A model generated the notes under the pieces. It had not been told where the DNA came from. It searched no databases and saw only the letters and a program-made list of their open reading frames with translations. A program made the position numbers and the translations under genes. From NCBI RefSeq assembly GCF_006345805.1, contig NW_021836031.1, forward strand, positions 1 through 26,376: DNA of 26,376 nt. The letters are read 5' to 3'. The DNA is from Octopus sinensis. Its lineage: Eukaryota. Shown one piece after another: positions 11,169-22,539 of the stretch (positions are counted from its first letter, which is position 1; every line of letters begins with the position of its first letter).

Positions 11169-11389
11169 CACCACACACACACACACATGCATGCATGCAT
11201 GCAAGCATGCATGTATGTATGTATGTATGTATATATTATGATGTACTGCATGCTGCTTCTACCTCAAAGAAAGAGAAATCTCAGAATGGTTGTTTAAGTA
11301 AAAATAACTGGGAACTTGAAAATTTCAGTTGTTTTAATTCCAGTATGGAAATCCTTAGAATACAATGATATATATATATATATATATAT

Positions 11390-11447
<58 letters not shown>

Positions 11448-11584
11448 ATGTGTGTGTGTTTATGTGTGTATCTATATATCTCTTTTATAAATATATATAT
11501 TATCAATATAATTATAGTATATATATAATAAATATATATATATATATATGCATATATATGCTGTAAATATATATATATATATAT

Positions 11585-11654
<70 letters not shown>

Positions 11655-11830
11655 CATGCATGCATGCAAGCATGCATGTATGTATGTATGTATGTATATA
11701 TTATGATGTACTGCATGCTGCTTCTACCTCAAAGAAAGAGAAATCTCAGAATGGTTGTTTAAGTAAAAATAACTGGGAACTTGAAAATTTCAGTTGTTTT
11801 AATTCCAGTATGGAAATCCTTAGAATACAA

Positions 11831-11833
<3 letters not shown>
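10958..11833. repeat. Tandem direct duplication, two ~400-bp units (10958-11368 and 11440-11833) bounded by (TA)n
   Basis: The unique ~130-nt core GATGTACTGCATGCTGCTTCTACCTC...CCTTAGAATACAATGA is identical in both copies; differences lie in or next to microsatellite runs. Confidence 0.92.
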
Positions 11834-11889
<56 letters not shown>

Positions 11890-12383
11890 CATTGCTTCAG
11901 GTCTATTTCCACTTTTGTTGGGACCTCTTGCTTAATGCCTTGTGCAAGGATTTATTAAAAAGTATTTTTAACTGTAATTTATTTATCCCTACATTTACTC
12001 CATGTGTGAGTGAGTGTGTGTGTGTATGCATAAATACCAGCTAGTGCATGATAACATTTATGTATGCATTGTGTGTGTGTGAATGGTTGTGTATATGCAT
12101 GTGTATATGCTTCAAATGTAACCAAAAGCACAGCTTAACTCCTGGAATACAGCTAAATGTCAGCTATTGTGTCAGATGACTATTTCAGACATTTTTTTCT
12201 TTTTTCTTTTTTTTTTATAAAAGCATATTGATATTTATATTGTTTCTCATTAATATTATTATTATTATTTATTTATTACTTTTTCTTTGAATACGTTTAT
12301 CCGGATTCTAAGTAATTTGATCATTTAAATAAAAAACAACAAAAACAAGTAGTAAGTAGATAAAAGAATGACAGTAGAGAAGT

Positions 12384-12640
12384 GGTGGCAATGAGGATGA
12401 TGATGATGATGATGACTATGATGAAGATGGCAGCAGTTGTGATGGCGATGTTAATGACAACAATAATGACATCGATGATGACAATGATGATGATGATGAT
12501 GATGTTGATGAAAATTATGAAAGTAGACGAATGTAAATAAATGAAACTGACAACAATTCTTGATGCTGATAGCAACTGTAATGGTGATATTTGATTATGG
12601 TGATATGATTGTGGTGATGCCGATGGTGGGGATGTAGAGG
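12384..12640. repeat. Degenerate (GAT)n microsatellite (similar tracts at ~9450-9590, 14668-14795 and 18985-19160)
   Basis: GAT/GAC/AAT/GGT trinucleotide periodicity with no splice or start context. Confidence 0.8.
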
Positions 12641-13816
12641 AAATTATTATAATACTTACACAAATGACTAAAACAACAGCAGCAACAACAATTATAGTAA
12701 AAAAAACAATGATAAACTTCCATAAAAAAAAAACAAACAGCTTTTCATTCAATAATATGAAATGAACATGCACATACATACAAAGAATTTGACAAAACTG
12801 GAACTAATGAAACAAACCAAAAAAAAAAATAAAGTTATCAAAATAAAATGAGACAAAAAAAATGCCCTAAAAACAGGAAAGACTTTAATCTGTACACCAC
12901 TCCCGAAGAAATTTTTTTTTTTTTTTTGTCTTTTTTGAGGGATATTCCATTTGCATTGTGTTATCCCTTGGATGTATTTGTTGTATTTCCATGAAACATG
13001 CCATTGTAAATACAGATGTATGAAAACGAAAAAAAAAATCATTTAAAAAAAAAGAAGACATTACCTTTTGGTGAACGGTTCCTGGAAAAGTATAAATTAA
13101 AAAAAATAAAAAGAACCATAAAATTAAAAATGCATCGTCTTGGGCAGATACTGAGATTTGAACCCTATATTTATACAAAGCCAAAATATATATATATAAA
13201 CATATACATATATATATATATATATAAAATAAGAAAACAATATAAAGAAATATAATGGAAATCAGGTGACTTTTGGAAAGAGAAAAAAGATGAAAAAATA
13301 AAGATAATAATAATAATAATAACAAAGCTTGGCAACAACAAGAATGATTTAAGAGAAAATTTATTAATTTTGAATTTTCTGTTTGATGAACTCAAAATTT
13401 TTTTTTTTTTCTAAAGAGTGATTTTGCTGAGGTAACAAATGATTTGAGTTAATTAATTGTTAGAGGAAATTTATACTCGCTAATTATTAATTTCCCGATT
13501 ATTGACATCACAAGAACTTCTGGAAAATGTCTTTTGTACTGGAGACTTTTATTACACATTGTAATGTCATATAATATGATGTAACACACACACACACATA
13601 CATACACACACACATGTATATATATATGTGTGTATATATATATATATATATACACACACATACATGTATATACATATGTGTGTGTGTATCTTTAACTGTT
13701 GTTGGTACTTTTTCCACAGGTAACAAAAAAAGAATTGTATGAGTAAGTACAATGGGTGTGTGTGTGCGTGTATATATAAATATATATATATATATATTAT
13801 ATATATTATTATATAT

Positions 13817-13858
<42 letters not shown>

Positions 13859-15187
13859 ATATTATATATTATATATATTATATATATATATATTATATAT
13901 ATATATATATATATACACATTTACCCTCTATATCAGTCGTACCTTCTCATCTCTGTATTTAGGTTAGTACTTCAATAAAAGACTTTTTTTTTGTCCCCCT
14001 CCAGTTAATTATTCTTATATTCTTATAACCAAACACAATTGTTGCATTGTATAGGAGATTCTCTTTTATTTTCTTCTAGAAATGTGGTCTGTTATTTTGT
14101 AAAATATGGGGTAAAGAATCTTTTATGTCTGCCAATGTTTTTTGTCTTGAGTGGAATTTTTACATTCAATTTTCTATTGAATTGAAGAGAAATGAAAAAC
14201 AAACAAAAAAATTCTCAGCTTTTAATTGTTATTTTTTGTTGTTTCATTTTGTTTGTTTTACTCCTGATATTCTTCTCCTTCATCTCCTCCTTCTTCTTTT
14301 TCTCCTCCTCCTCCTTTCATTCTGTGGTGTTGCAATTTCTCAACCTTTTTTTTTTTCCACTTCTAAAAAAAATACTTTTTTTAAAAGTAACCATAAAATA
14401 AAAGCAAAGTTATGTTGTGTGTGAGTGTGTGTTTGTGATAAAATAGACATATTGTAAATTAAAAGAGTAGAAAAAATACCAAAAAAAAAAGAAATAATAA
14501 TAATAATAAACGACCCGAGATAGGGAGGCATTTTCTGATATTTTTCATTTCTTCATGCTCATGTGCATGCATGTATGTATGGTATGGTTGTGAAGGCATT
14601 GCAATACTCAGTGTGTGTGCGTGTGTATATATATATGTAATATATATATAGTATATTATATATATATTGATGACGATGACGGTGATGAAAAATACTATTA
14701 CAGTCATCTTCCTGTTGATGATGCTGATGCTGGGATGAAACCATTTTCTTATTCGTAAATGACAAAGATAAAGTTGATGATGATGATGATGAGAACAATC
14801 TTTTCTTTATTCTTAATAATGATAATAATAACAGTAATAATAATAATAATAATGATAGCGACGCTGACGTATTTTAAAGGTTTTGATTGCCTAAATGAGT
14901 TCATATTTATTGTATTTGTGTAAATGATTGTGTTTGGCTATTTATTGACACATTTCCATAAATTTTATGCAAATTGTAATAGATGTATAGATTCCTGTTT
15001 AAAAAATTTTTTTTTAATTAAATTATTTTCAAGCTTCATTTATATTTACGTACCCAATCATACTGCAATTAAAATTATGGAAATTAATCATTGAGTGTGA
15101 TGGAACTGTTTACAAAAATTAATTGTAATATATTTATTTACATTGTGCAAAAAATGAGAATATAAAAAATAATGAATATAGCATATA

Positions 15188-15559
15188 GGCGTGGGTGCAT
15201 GGTAAGTAGCTTGCTTACCAACCAACTGGTTGTGAGTTCAATCTCACTGCATGGCACCTTTAGCAAGTGTCTTCTACTGTAGCCTCAGGCCGACCAAAGC
15301 CTTGTGAGTGGATTTGGTAGACGGAAACTGAAAGAAGCCTATCATGTGTGTGTGTGTTTGTTTTGTCTCCCCCAAATGTCACTTGACAACTGATGCTGGT
15401 GTGTTTATGTCTCCGTAACCTAGTGGTTCAGCAAAAGTGACCGAGAGAATAAGTGCTAGGCTTACAAAGAATAAATCCTGGGGTCGATTTGCTCGACTAA
15501 AGGTAGTGCTCTAGCATGGCCATAGTCAAATGACTGAAACAAGTAAGAATAAAAGAATA
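15188..15559 (+). mobile_element. SINE family A (tRNA-derived head), near full length
   Basis: Head ...GCATGGTAAGTAGCTTGCTTACC...GAGTTCAATCTC (A/B-box-like); body CCGACCAAAGCCTTGTGAGTGGATTTGGTAGACGGAAAC; tail GACTGAAACAAGTAAGAATAAAAGAA. Aligns end to end with the inverted copy at 25801-26167. Confidence 0.88.
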
Positions 15560-15920
15560 GCTTGGACACATGCATGGTTGTATGGTAAGAAGTTTGCTTC
15601 CCAACCACATGGCTTCAGGTTCAATCCTACTGAATGGTACCTTGGGGAAACTATCTTCCACTTTGTCTTTGTGGTAACCAAGGCCTTATTAGTGAATTTG
15701 AGTTCATATATATATATGTGTGTGTGTGTGTCTTTTTGTTTGTTTTTGCCCCACTACCACCACTTGACAACTGATGTTTACATTCCGGTAATTTAACAGT
15801 TCAGCTAAAGAGACTGATAGAATAAGTTCTAGGCATAAAAAAAGGAAAGGTACTGGGGTTGATTTGTTTGATTAAAACCCCTTCAAAGTGGCTTCAGACA
15901 AAATCGGAAATGAGAAAAGA
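15560..15920 (+). mobile_element. SINE family A, older copy directly tandem to the previous one
   Basis: TGGTTGTATGGTAAGAAGTTTGCTTCCCAACCACATGG...GGTTCAATCC...CTTGACAACTGATG...GAGACTGATAGAATAAG...GGGGTTGATTTG, collinear with 15188-15559. Confidence 0.75.
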
Positions 15921-16082
15921 ATCCTATCTCTAAAGAGATAAAAAAGAAGGATATTACATGTGTGTGTGTGTGTGTGTGTATGAGAGAGAGAGAGAAGATT
16001 TGTGCATAGTGTTCTATGAATGCATACATTACTTCATGTGTAATTACTGTTATTGCTCCTTTCTGGATTATTGTAAGGTTCT

Positions 16083-16114
16083 TGATTAATACCTGTCAAT
16101 TCTCAAATAAATCA
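16083..16114. promoter_or_regulatory. Candidate PBX-HOX / MEIS / PBX-HOX composite binding site
   Basis: TGATTAAT (16083-16090, +), CTGTCA (16093-16098; TGACAGGT on -) and ATAAATCA (16107-16114; TGATTTAT on -) within 32 bp in a non-repetitive island. Motif match only. Confidence 0.4.
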
Positions 16115-16319
16115 ACGAAGGGCTCATCAGTTAATGAAGTCAAGACTCGTGTGTTCTTATTAAAAGATACAACGTCAGACATGATGCACTTGTAAAGAAA
16201 AATTCGGAAAACTTATCAAAATATGGTGAAAGATAATGATACAAGTTTTCATGCTGCACATAATTAGATAAAATCAGTTTATTATTATCATCATCATCAT
16301 CATCATTATTATTATTATT

Positions 16320-16531
16320 AGGTGGTGAGCTATTAAAATTGTTTACATGCCAGGCTAAATGCTTAGTGGCATATCGTCCATTTTTATGTTCTGAATTCAA
16401 ATTCCACTGAGGTTGATAAATTAAGTACGAGTGAAACATTGGGGGTCAATGTAATTAACTAGTTCCCTCCCTCTAAATTTCAGGCTTCATGCCTTTAGCA
16501 GAAAGGATTATTATTATTATTATTATTATTA
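16320..16531 (+). mobile_element. SINE family B with (ATT)n tail
   Basis: AGGTGGTGAGC...AAATGCTTAGTGGC...GTTCTGAATTCAAATTCC...GATAAATTAAGTAC...GGGGTCAATGTAATT...GAAAGGATT(ATT)n. Confidence 0.8.
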
Positions 16532-16534
16532 TAT

Positions 16535-16797
16535 TTTCTGAATGTCTTGCAGTTTCAATTGTGGATCTTTACATTCTAAGTTCAAATCTTGCCAAGGTCA
16601 ATTTTGTCTTTCATATCTCTTGGGTTGATGAAATAACAGTCAAGTGTTGAGTTTGATGAAATTGGTTGATCTTATTGACCGTTTATGTGTCTATGTTTGA
16701 TAAAATAAAACACCCCTCAAGTACTGGGACCAATGAATTCAGCTAATCCCACTTTTATAACTGCTGGTCGTGTGTCTAAATTGGAAACTATTATTAT
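16535..16797 (+). mobile_element. SINE family B, diverged copy following the previous tail
   Basis: CTTTACATTCTAAGTTCAAATCTTGCCAAGGTCAATTTTGTCTTTCAT...GGTCGTGTGTCTAAATTGGAAACTATTATT. Confidence 0.6.
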
Positions 16798-17345
16798 TTT
16801 GGAATTAACAATAAGCACATCACAATATTCTGAACCTTTAGATTTCCATGTATCATATTCTAGGCAATAATGTCTGCCAACTGAATCTCCACTGCTCCTA
16901 CTGCTAACCATTTAAGTAGTTTGAATCTCCTTATATTGCACAACACAATCTGCCTATACATTTCTTTTCTACCCTTTTTTTTATTTAAAAATCCTTTTTT
17001 CCATTCTGAAGAAAATATTGCATGTGAAAAAATGTCATAACTAAAACAGCTCCCTAAGTTAAACATTGAACTCCCAGAGTAAGTTGCATTATTCAAATAT
17101 ATATTTTGCATGCCAGCAAGATCTGTCTTATCAATTTACATATGTTGTGCTCTAACTTTTCTTCTCAATTGTTCTTATATTATCTACAGATGTATTTATA
17201 TTTCTCTTCAGAACAATGCACGAATGATACAAATTCTCTTAATTTCTCTTCTACTGTAAATCAAATTTGACAAATTTGCTGCAGTGAAAAATACGCTTAA
17301 TTCAATGATATCAATTGACGATGAAGATGACAATGATGATGATTT

Positions 17346-17462
17346 AGGCACAAGACCCTCAATTTTGGGGGAAAGAGATATTTGTTCATACTATCAAGTA
17401 CTTAACTGGTACTTTATTTTATCAAGCCCGAAAGGATGAAGGTCAAACAGTTGAACTCAGAA
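17346..17462 (-). mobile_element. SINE family B, 3' portion, inverted
   Basis: Reverse complement gives TTCTGAGTTCAACTGTTTGACCTTCATCCTTTCGGGCTTGATAAAATAAAGTACCAGTTAAGTAC...CCCCCAAAATTGAGGGTCTTGTGCC. Confidence 0.7.
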
Positions 17463-17631
17463 AAAAAATAATTCTGGTGCCCTGGTGGCAGTTACTGTAA
17501 GGGAGATAATCACATCCGCTAAATAATAGCTGTGTTAGAAATTTGTGATTTAAGAAGCTGCATTAAGATGTACATATTTGATATTTTTTCCTATTCATTA
17601 CAAACACATTTTTTATTCACACTATTATTAT

Positions 17632-17856
17632 AAGGTGGCGAACTGGCTAAATTATTACAACATTGGACAAAATGACTGGTGGCACAAAATGATTGGTGGC
17701 ATTTCCTTTGTCTTTATGTCTGGAGTTAAAATGTTTTTGTCCTTTTAGGGTCTATAAAATAAGTACCAGTTGGACACTGAGGGTCAATCTATTCGACTTA
17801 ATCCCTGCCCCCAAAACTGTTGGCTTTGTGCCAAAATTTGAAATAATAATAATAAC
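17632..17856 (+). mobile_element. SINE family B
   Basis: AAGGTGGCGAACTGGC head, ATAAAATAAGTACCAGTTGGACACTGAGGGTCAAT core, GGCTTTGTGCCAAAATTTGAAA(TAA)n end; short internal duplication CAAAATGAYTGGTGGCA. Confidence 0.72.
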
Positions 17857-17884
17857 AAGAATAGTAATTATTATTAAGGTGTTT

Positions 17885-18073
17885 GGCACGTAAAAAGCAC
17901 CCACTACACTCTAAGAGTGGTTGACTTTAGGAAGGGCATCCAGCTGAAGAGACTCTGCCAGATCAAGATTGGAGCCTGGTGCAGCCATCTGGTTCACTAG
18001 CCCTCAGTCAAATCATCCAACCCATGCTAGCATGGAAAGCGGTCGTTAAACGATGATGATGATGATGATGATG
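17885..18073 (+). mobile_element. RTE-clade-type 3' tail (truncated LINE or LINE-tailed SINE) ending in (GAT)n, within or next to a family-B head
   Basis: GGCACGTAAAAAGCACCC...AGGAAGGGCATCCAGCTG...CAACCCATGCTAGCATGGAA...GTTAAAC(GAT)n. AGGAAGGGCATCCAGC and CAACCCATGCTAGCATGGAA are motifs I recall from invertebrate RTE 3' ends. Preceded by AAGGT, followed by TGGTGAACATGCTGAGCAAA. Confidence 0.7.
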
Positions 18074-18250
18074 TGGTGAACATGCTGAGCAAAGCGCTTC
18101 ACAATATTTTGTCCTCTGTTCAAATTCTGTCATGGTCAACCTTACCTGTCATCCATTTGAGTTCAGTTATATAAATACCAGTTGAAAACAAGTGACTTCT
18201 TTCCCCACCTAAAATTGCTGGCCTTGTGCCAAAATTCGAAAACATTGTTG
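18074..18250 (+). mobile_element. SINE family B remainder after the RTE-type tail
   Basis: CATGCTGAGCAAAGCGCTT...GTTCAAATTCTG...CATCCATTTGAG...ATAAATACCAGTTG...GCTGGCCTTGTGCCAAAATTCGAAAA. Confidence 0.65.
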
Positions 18251-18465
18251 CTATTCTCGATATGGTCAGAAAGATTAGTGGAGCATTAGTCAATTAATGC
18301 CCTTTATGGCAATCATTTAGCCATTCTTATATAAACAGACATGGCTACTGCTAGCTTTTGTCTTTGAGCCATCCAATCAAATTCTGGAAGTTCCAAATAA
18401 TTAAATGTACCTTCCTTAATTCTGGCCTTTATCATTACCAATATTTTAATTATTGAAAATGTACC

Positions 18466-18605
18466 AAGGTTAGCTTTGCCTCTCATTCTTTCGAGGTCAA
18501 TCATAAGTATCAATTGAGCATGGGGTTGGTACAATTGGCTAGCTTTTTCCTTCAATATTTCAGGCCTTGTACCTATAGTAGAACGGATGATTATTATTAT
18601 AATTA
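18466..18605 (+). mobile_element. SINE family B, 3' half with (ATT)n tail
   Basis: AAGGTTAGCTTTGCCTCTCATTCTTTCGAGGTC...TTTTCAGGCCTTGTACCTATAGTAGAACGGATGATTATT. Confidence 0.65.
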
Positions 18606-19283
18606 TTTATTGCAAGTTTACTGGAAGCAATGATGGTGTTTGAAAGAATTCTTTTGTCCAAGCAAAACTTTTATTTCCCTACATACTCTTGGTGGTGTGT
18701 GTGGGAGTGGGTTGTTAACATAGCATACCAGTCATGTTCTGTGGGAAGGAAATATCTATTAACAAACCCTTCTGACAAAAATTTTGCTGCTGCACTTATG
18801 TAATAGAATAATAATAATAATAATAATGATTAATGCTATTACAGTAATGTAACCAGTATAGAAGCTATCAGGAGATTATTAACAGTAGAGGTTTAACATT
18901 ATTTAGTTTTGTCTGGCTTATGGATTTCTGTTGAAATCCTCTTAGTTTTTTTGTTCTTTTTTTTTTGTATTGGCTACTACATTTGATGATAATGATGATG
19001 GTCTTAATGATCAATGTCATCATCATCATCAGCAGCATGGACATTATCAGTAGAATCAGTATGATTATCACCATTGTTGTCATCTCATCATCGTCCTCAT
19101 CACCATCATTTTCCTCATCGTCTTCATCGTCTTTGTCATCATCATCATCATTATCATCATTATGTGTGCTGAGTATTTATTATTTTAAATATTTTTGGTT
19201 GATTAACGAATCTTGCCATATTTGCTAAGTAAGCATCGACAGCAGTGAAATATACACTTTTATGTTTCCCAGGATTAAATTAC

Positions 19284-19317
<34 letters not shown>

Positions 19318-19721
19318 TTCCCCCAAAATAATGCTCATGGTGATTGTATGTTACTTTGTGTACAAGTGTGTGTATGTGCATATACATATGCACATGCAAA
19401 CATTCGTACATACATATATACACACACATATATATATGCACACACACATATATACATGTCTGTGAGTGTGTGTATGCATATATATATATATATATATATA
19501 TATTTATGGTTTGCGTTTATGATACTCCTCTGTCATGTCTTGTTGACATGGTTATGTAGATGGATATATTCTGGCAGTCTGGCCATTTTGAATGTTAAAA
19601 AGAGGAAGAAACAATGCTGCATTATTGAAAATATATGTAAAATAACTTGTAAATTGTGCATGCTTTCTGCATAGTGATAGCTGATAACTTCATGACAACT
19701 AGCAAATTATTATTATTATTA

Positions 19722-19758
<37 letters not shown>

Positions 19759-19759
19759 T

Positions 19760-20613
19760 GAGATGGTGAGAGCTGTCAGAATTGTTGGCTGAACAAAAAT
19801 GTTTAGGTATTTCTTCTGGTTTCTAATGCTGTTGAGGTCGACTTTGTCTTTCATCCTATCAAAAGTCAATGAAATATGTACCAGTTCAGCACTGAAGTCC
19901 AGAGTAATCATTTACCTCTCCCTGGCAAAATTGCAGGCCTTGTGCCTATAGCAGAAAGCATTATTATTATTATTATTATTATTATTATCATGGTGGCAAA
20001 CTTGTAGAAACGTTAGCATGCTGGACAGAATGCTTTGTGGTATTTCATCCATGCTTTACATTCTGAGTTCAAATTCCGCTGAGGGTGACTTTGCCTTTCA
20101 TCCTTTTGGGGTTGATAAATTAATTGCCAGTTGAGTACTGGGTTCAATGTAATTGACTAGGCCCCACCACCAAAATTTTCAGGACTCGTGCCTATAGTAG
20201 AGAAAATTATTATTATTATTATTTTCGAGGCAGTAAACCTGGTAAGATGCATTAGCATGTAGAATGAAATGACCAGTGGCATTTCTTCCATTGTTACAGT
20301 CCACATTGAAATTCTGCCTTTGAGATTGATAAATCAAGAACCAATTAAGCATTGTGGTTGATATAATTGATTAGCCTCCCTCGTCCATGAGAGAGAGAGA
20401 GATTTATTGTTACTATTGTCTAAGGTGGTGAGCTAGAAGAACTGTGAGCATGCTGAGCAAAATGCTTAATGAACTTTTGTCCTTTTGGGGTTGATAAAAT
20501 AAGTTGAAGTTGAGCACTCTAGGGGTCGATGTAACTGACTGAACTCACACCCTTGAAACTGTTGGCTTTGTACCAAAATTGGAAACAACTATTATTATTA
20601 TTATTATTTATTA
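19760..20613 (+). mobile_element. Head-to-tail array of four family-B SINEs (19760-19988, 19990-20223, 20227-20387, 20422-20613)
   Basis: Each begins GGTGGY/GGCAGT directly after an (ATT)n or ATT-like run and carries the GATAAA(A/T)TAAG(TA)CCAGTT core; copies 1, 2 and 4 end in (ATT)n. Confidence 0.8.
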
Positions 20614-20639
20614 TGAATATCATCTTCACTTCATTAGTT

Positions 20640-20673
20640 AAAAATGTAACATCTAAATGATATATATATATAT

Positions 20674-20707
<34 letters not shown>

Positions 20708-21010
20708 ACGTGATGAAGATAAGATAGATAGATGATAGATAGATGGTTATATTAATCAACTCAGCAGGATGTTTTAAATTATCTATGTATGCTGATGTGT
20801 GTATGTCAATGTGCATGTATGTATGTGTTGAGTGCGTGAGTTAGTATGTGTGCAATTCAAATACGTATGCATGGATTGAGTGCAAGACAGCTTACGTGAA
20901 TATATTTGTATTTCTAAATATGTTAGATATATATTAATGGTGATATATAAAAAAAGAAAAGTCGTATATGTATATATTTAAATATGTGTGCATGTGTGTA
21001 TGCATGTAAG

Positions 21011-21042
<32 letters not shown>

Positions 21043-21109
21043 AAACAATTTCTATATATATAGATATGTATGTACATATAGGTATATATGTGCATATATA
21101 TGTATAATT

Positions 21110-21150
<41 letters not shown>

Positions 21151-22091
21151 GTGTATATATATACATATATGAGCATATATGTCAATATATACATTGAAAT
21201 TTATGTATATGTATGACGTGTAAATATACATGTATCTCCTATATGTGATATATATGTGTATTTACATAGATAATTTATATATTATACATGGCTATTTTAT
21301 ATATAATATATAATTTGAATATATATACAAAATAAATAGATATATGTGTATGTGTATATATATGTGTACATATATAACATATATATATGCATGCATGTAT
21401 ATTATGTTTATATATATATATGTATATATACATATGTATGTGTATATATGTATGTATATATATATGTATACATATATATAATTTAAATACACGTGTGTGC
21501 TCCAGACAATCATACAATTATATATATATTTTTTTCTCTTGTTTTCTGAATTTGTGTGTATGTTAAAATATTTTCATTTTGGAAAAAAAAAAATCAAGTA
21601 TATTAATAAACATTTTAAAATATATCCAAATAAAATGTTTACTTTTTTGTTTCTTTATATTCCATATAATAATAATAATTATAAACAAATAGTGTCCATC
21701 CAACACGACAATCAACATTCCCCGATGATACTAAGTGTGGTAAATGAGTGCAAATGAGAATCATGCATACGTATATATACATATATATATATATGCATAT
21801 ATGTATATATATATATACATATGCGTGATTCAAGGAGCTCTATATACATACATATATTTGTGTGTTTGCATACGTGTGAATGTACACGCGTGTGCATGTG
21901 CGTGCATTCGAATAACTTCTATATACATGCATGCACAAGTGCATGAAGCATGTACCTATACAGTATATACACATGTATACTTATATGTATGCATATTTGC
22001 ATACAATACATATGTGTGTGTCTTTTTGTGCTTGTAGGTATATATATATATATGTGTAGGTATATATGTATATGCATATATTTATGTATAT

Positions 22092-22122
<31 letters not shown>

Positions 22123-22350
22123 TATTTATACATGCATGTATATGTATATATATGTATGTATATATATATATATAAATATGTATATATATATATACATTTA
22201 TATATATGTATGTGTGTATGTATATATGTGTGTATGTATACATATGTATGTATATATATGTATATACATAAGTATATATATATGTGTGTGTGTATGTACA
22301 TATGTATATATATATGTATACGCATGTATATATATGTATGTACACACATA
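20640..22350. repeat. ~1.7-kb low-complexity (TA/TG/CA) field with short unique interruptions
   Basis: Direct reading; long alternating purine-pyrimidine runs, notably 22203-22350. Confidence 0.9.
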
Positions 22351-22539
22351 TATATATATAGTTCCGTTTATTATTTATGTTTTTTTGGCATGCTTTTTAG
22401 AAGTATATATGTTACTGAGGTGTTGTTTTTTAGCTGGATGTCTTTCCCGTAGTCACCTCCTCCTTGTTCCTGAAGCAAGGATATCTTTATTCAATATGTC
22501 ATCATAAACACTAAGCGAGCTGATGACTTATGGACTTTC

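Noticed and set aside
11259-11731. let-7 8mer sites CTACCTCA (11259 and 11724) and miR-92-family site GTGCAATA (5900-5907)
   Set aside because: No evidence the 3'UTR reaches them; the two let-7 matches are one site duplicated; single 8mers are expected by chance in 26 kb.
12384-12530. Acidic reading NEDDDDDDDYDEDGSSCDGDV... (also 9419-9610 on minus)
   Set aside because: Decayed (GAT)n microsatellite; closed by stops and lacking credible splice sites.
15188-15260. tRNA genes at SINE heads (also 26095-26167)
   Set aside because: A/B-box-like motifs are present but there is no complete cloverleaf, and they continue into shared SINE bodies.
16320-20613. CRISPR-like repeat/spacer array
   Set aside because: The repeats are 200-250-bp diverged SINEs separated by microsatellites; eukaryotic context, no cas genes.
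20640-22350. Z-DNA regulatory element
   Set aside because: The alternating purine-pyrimidine runs are dominated by TA, which disfavours Z-form, and similar fields occur throughout the window.
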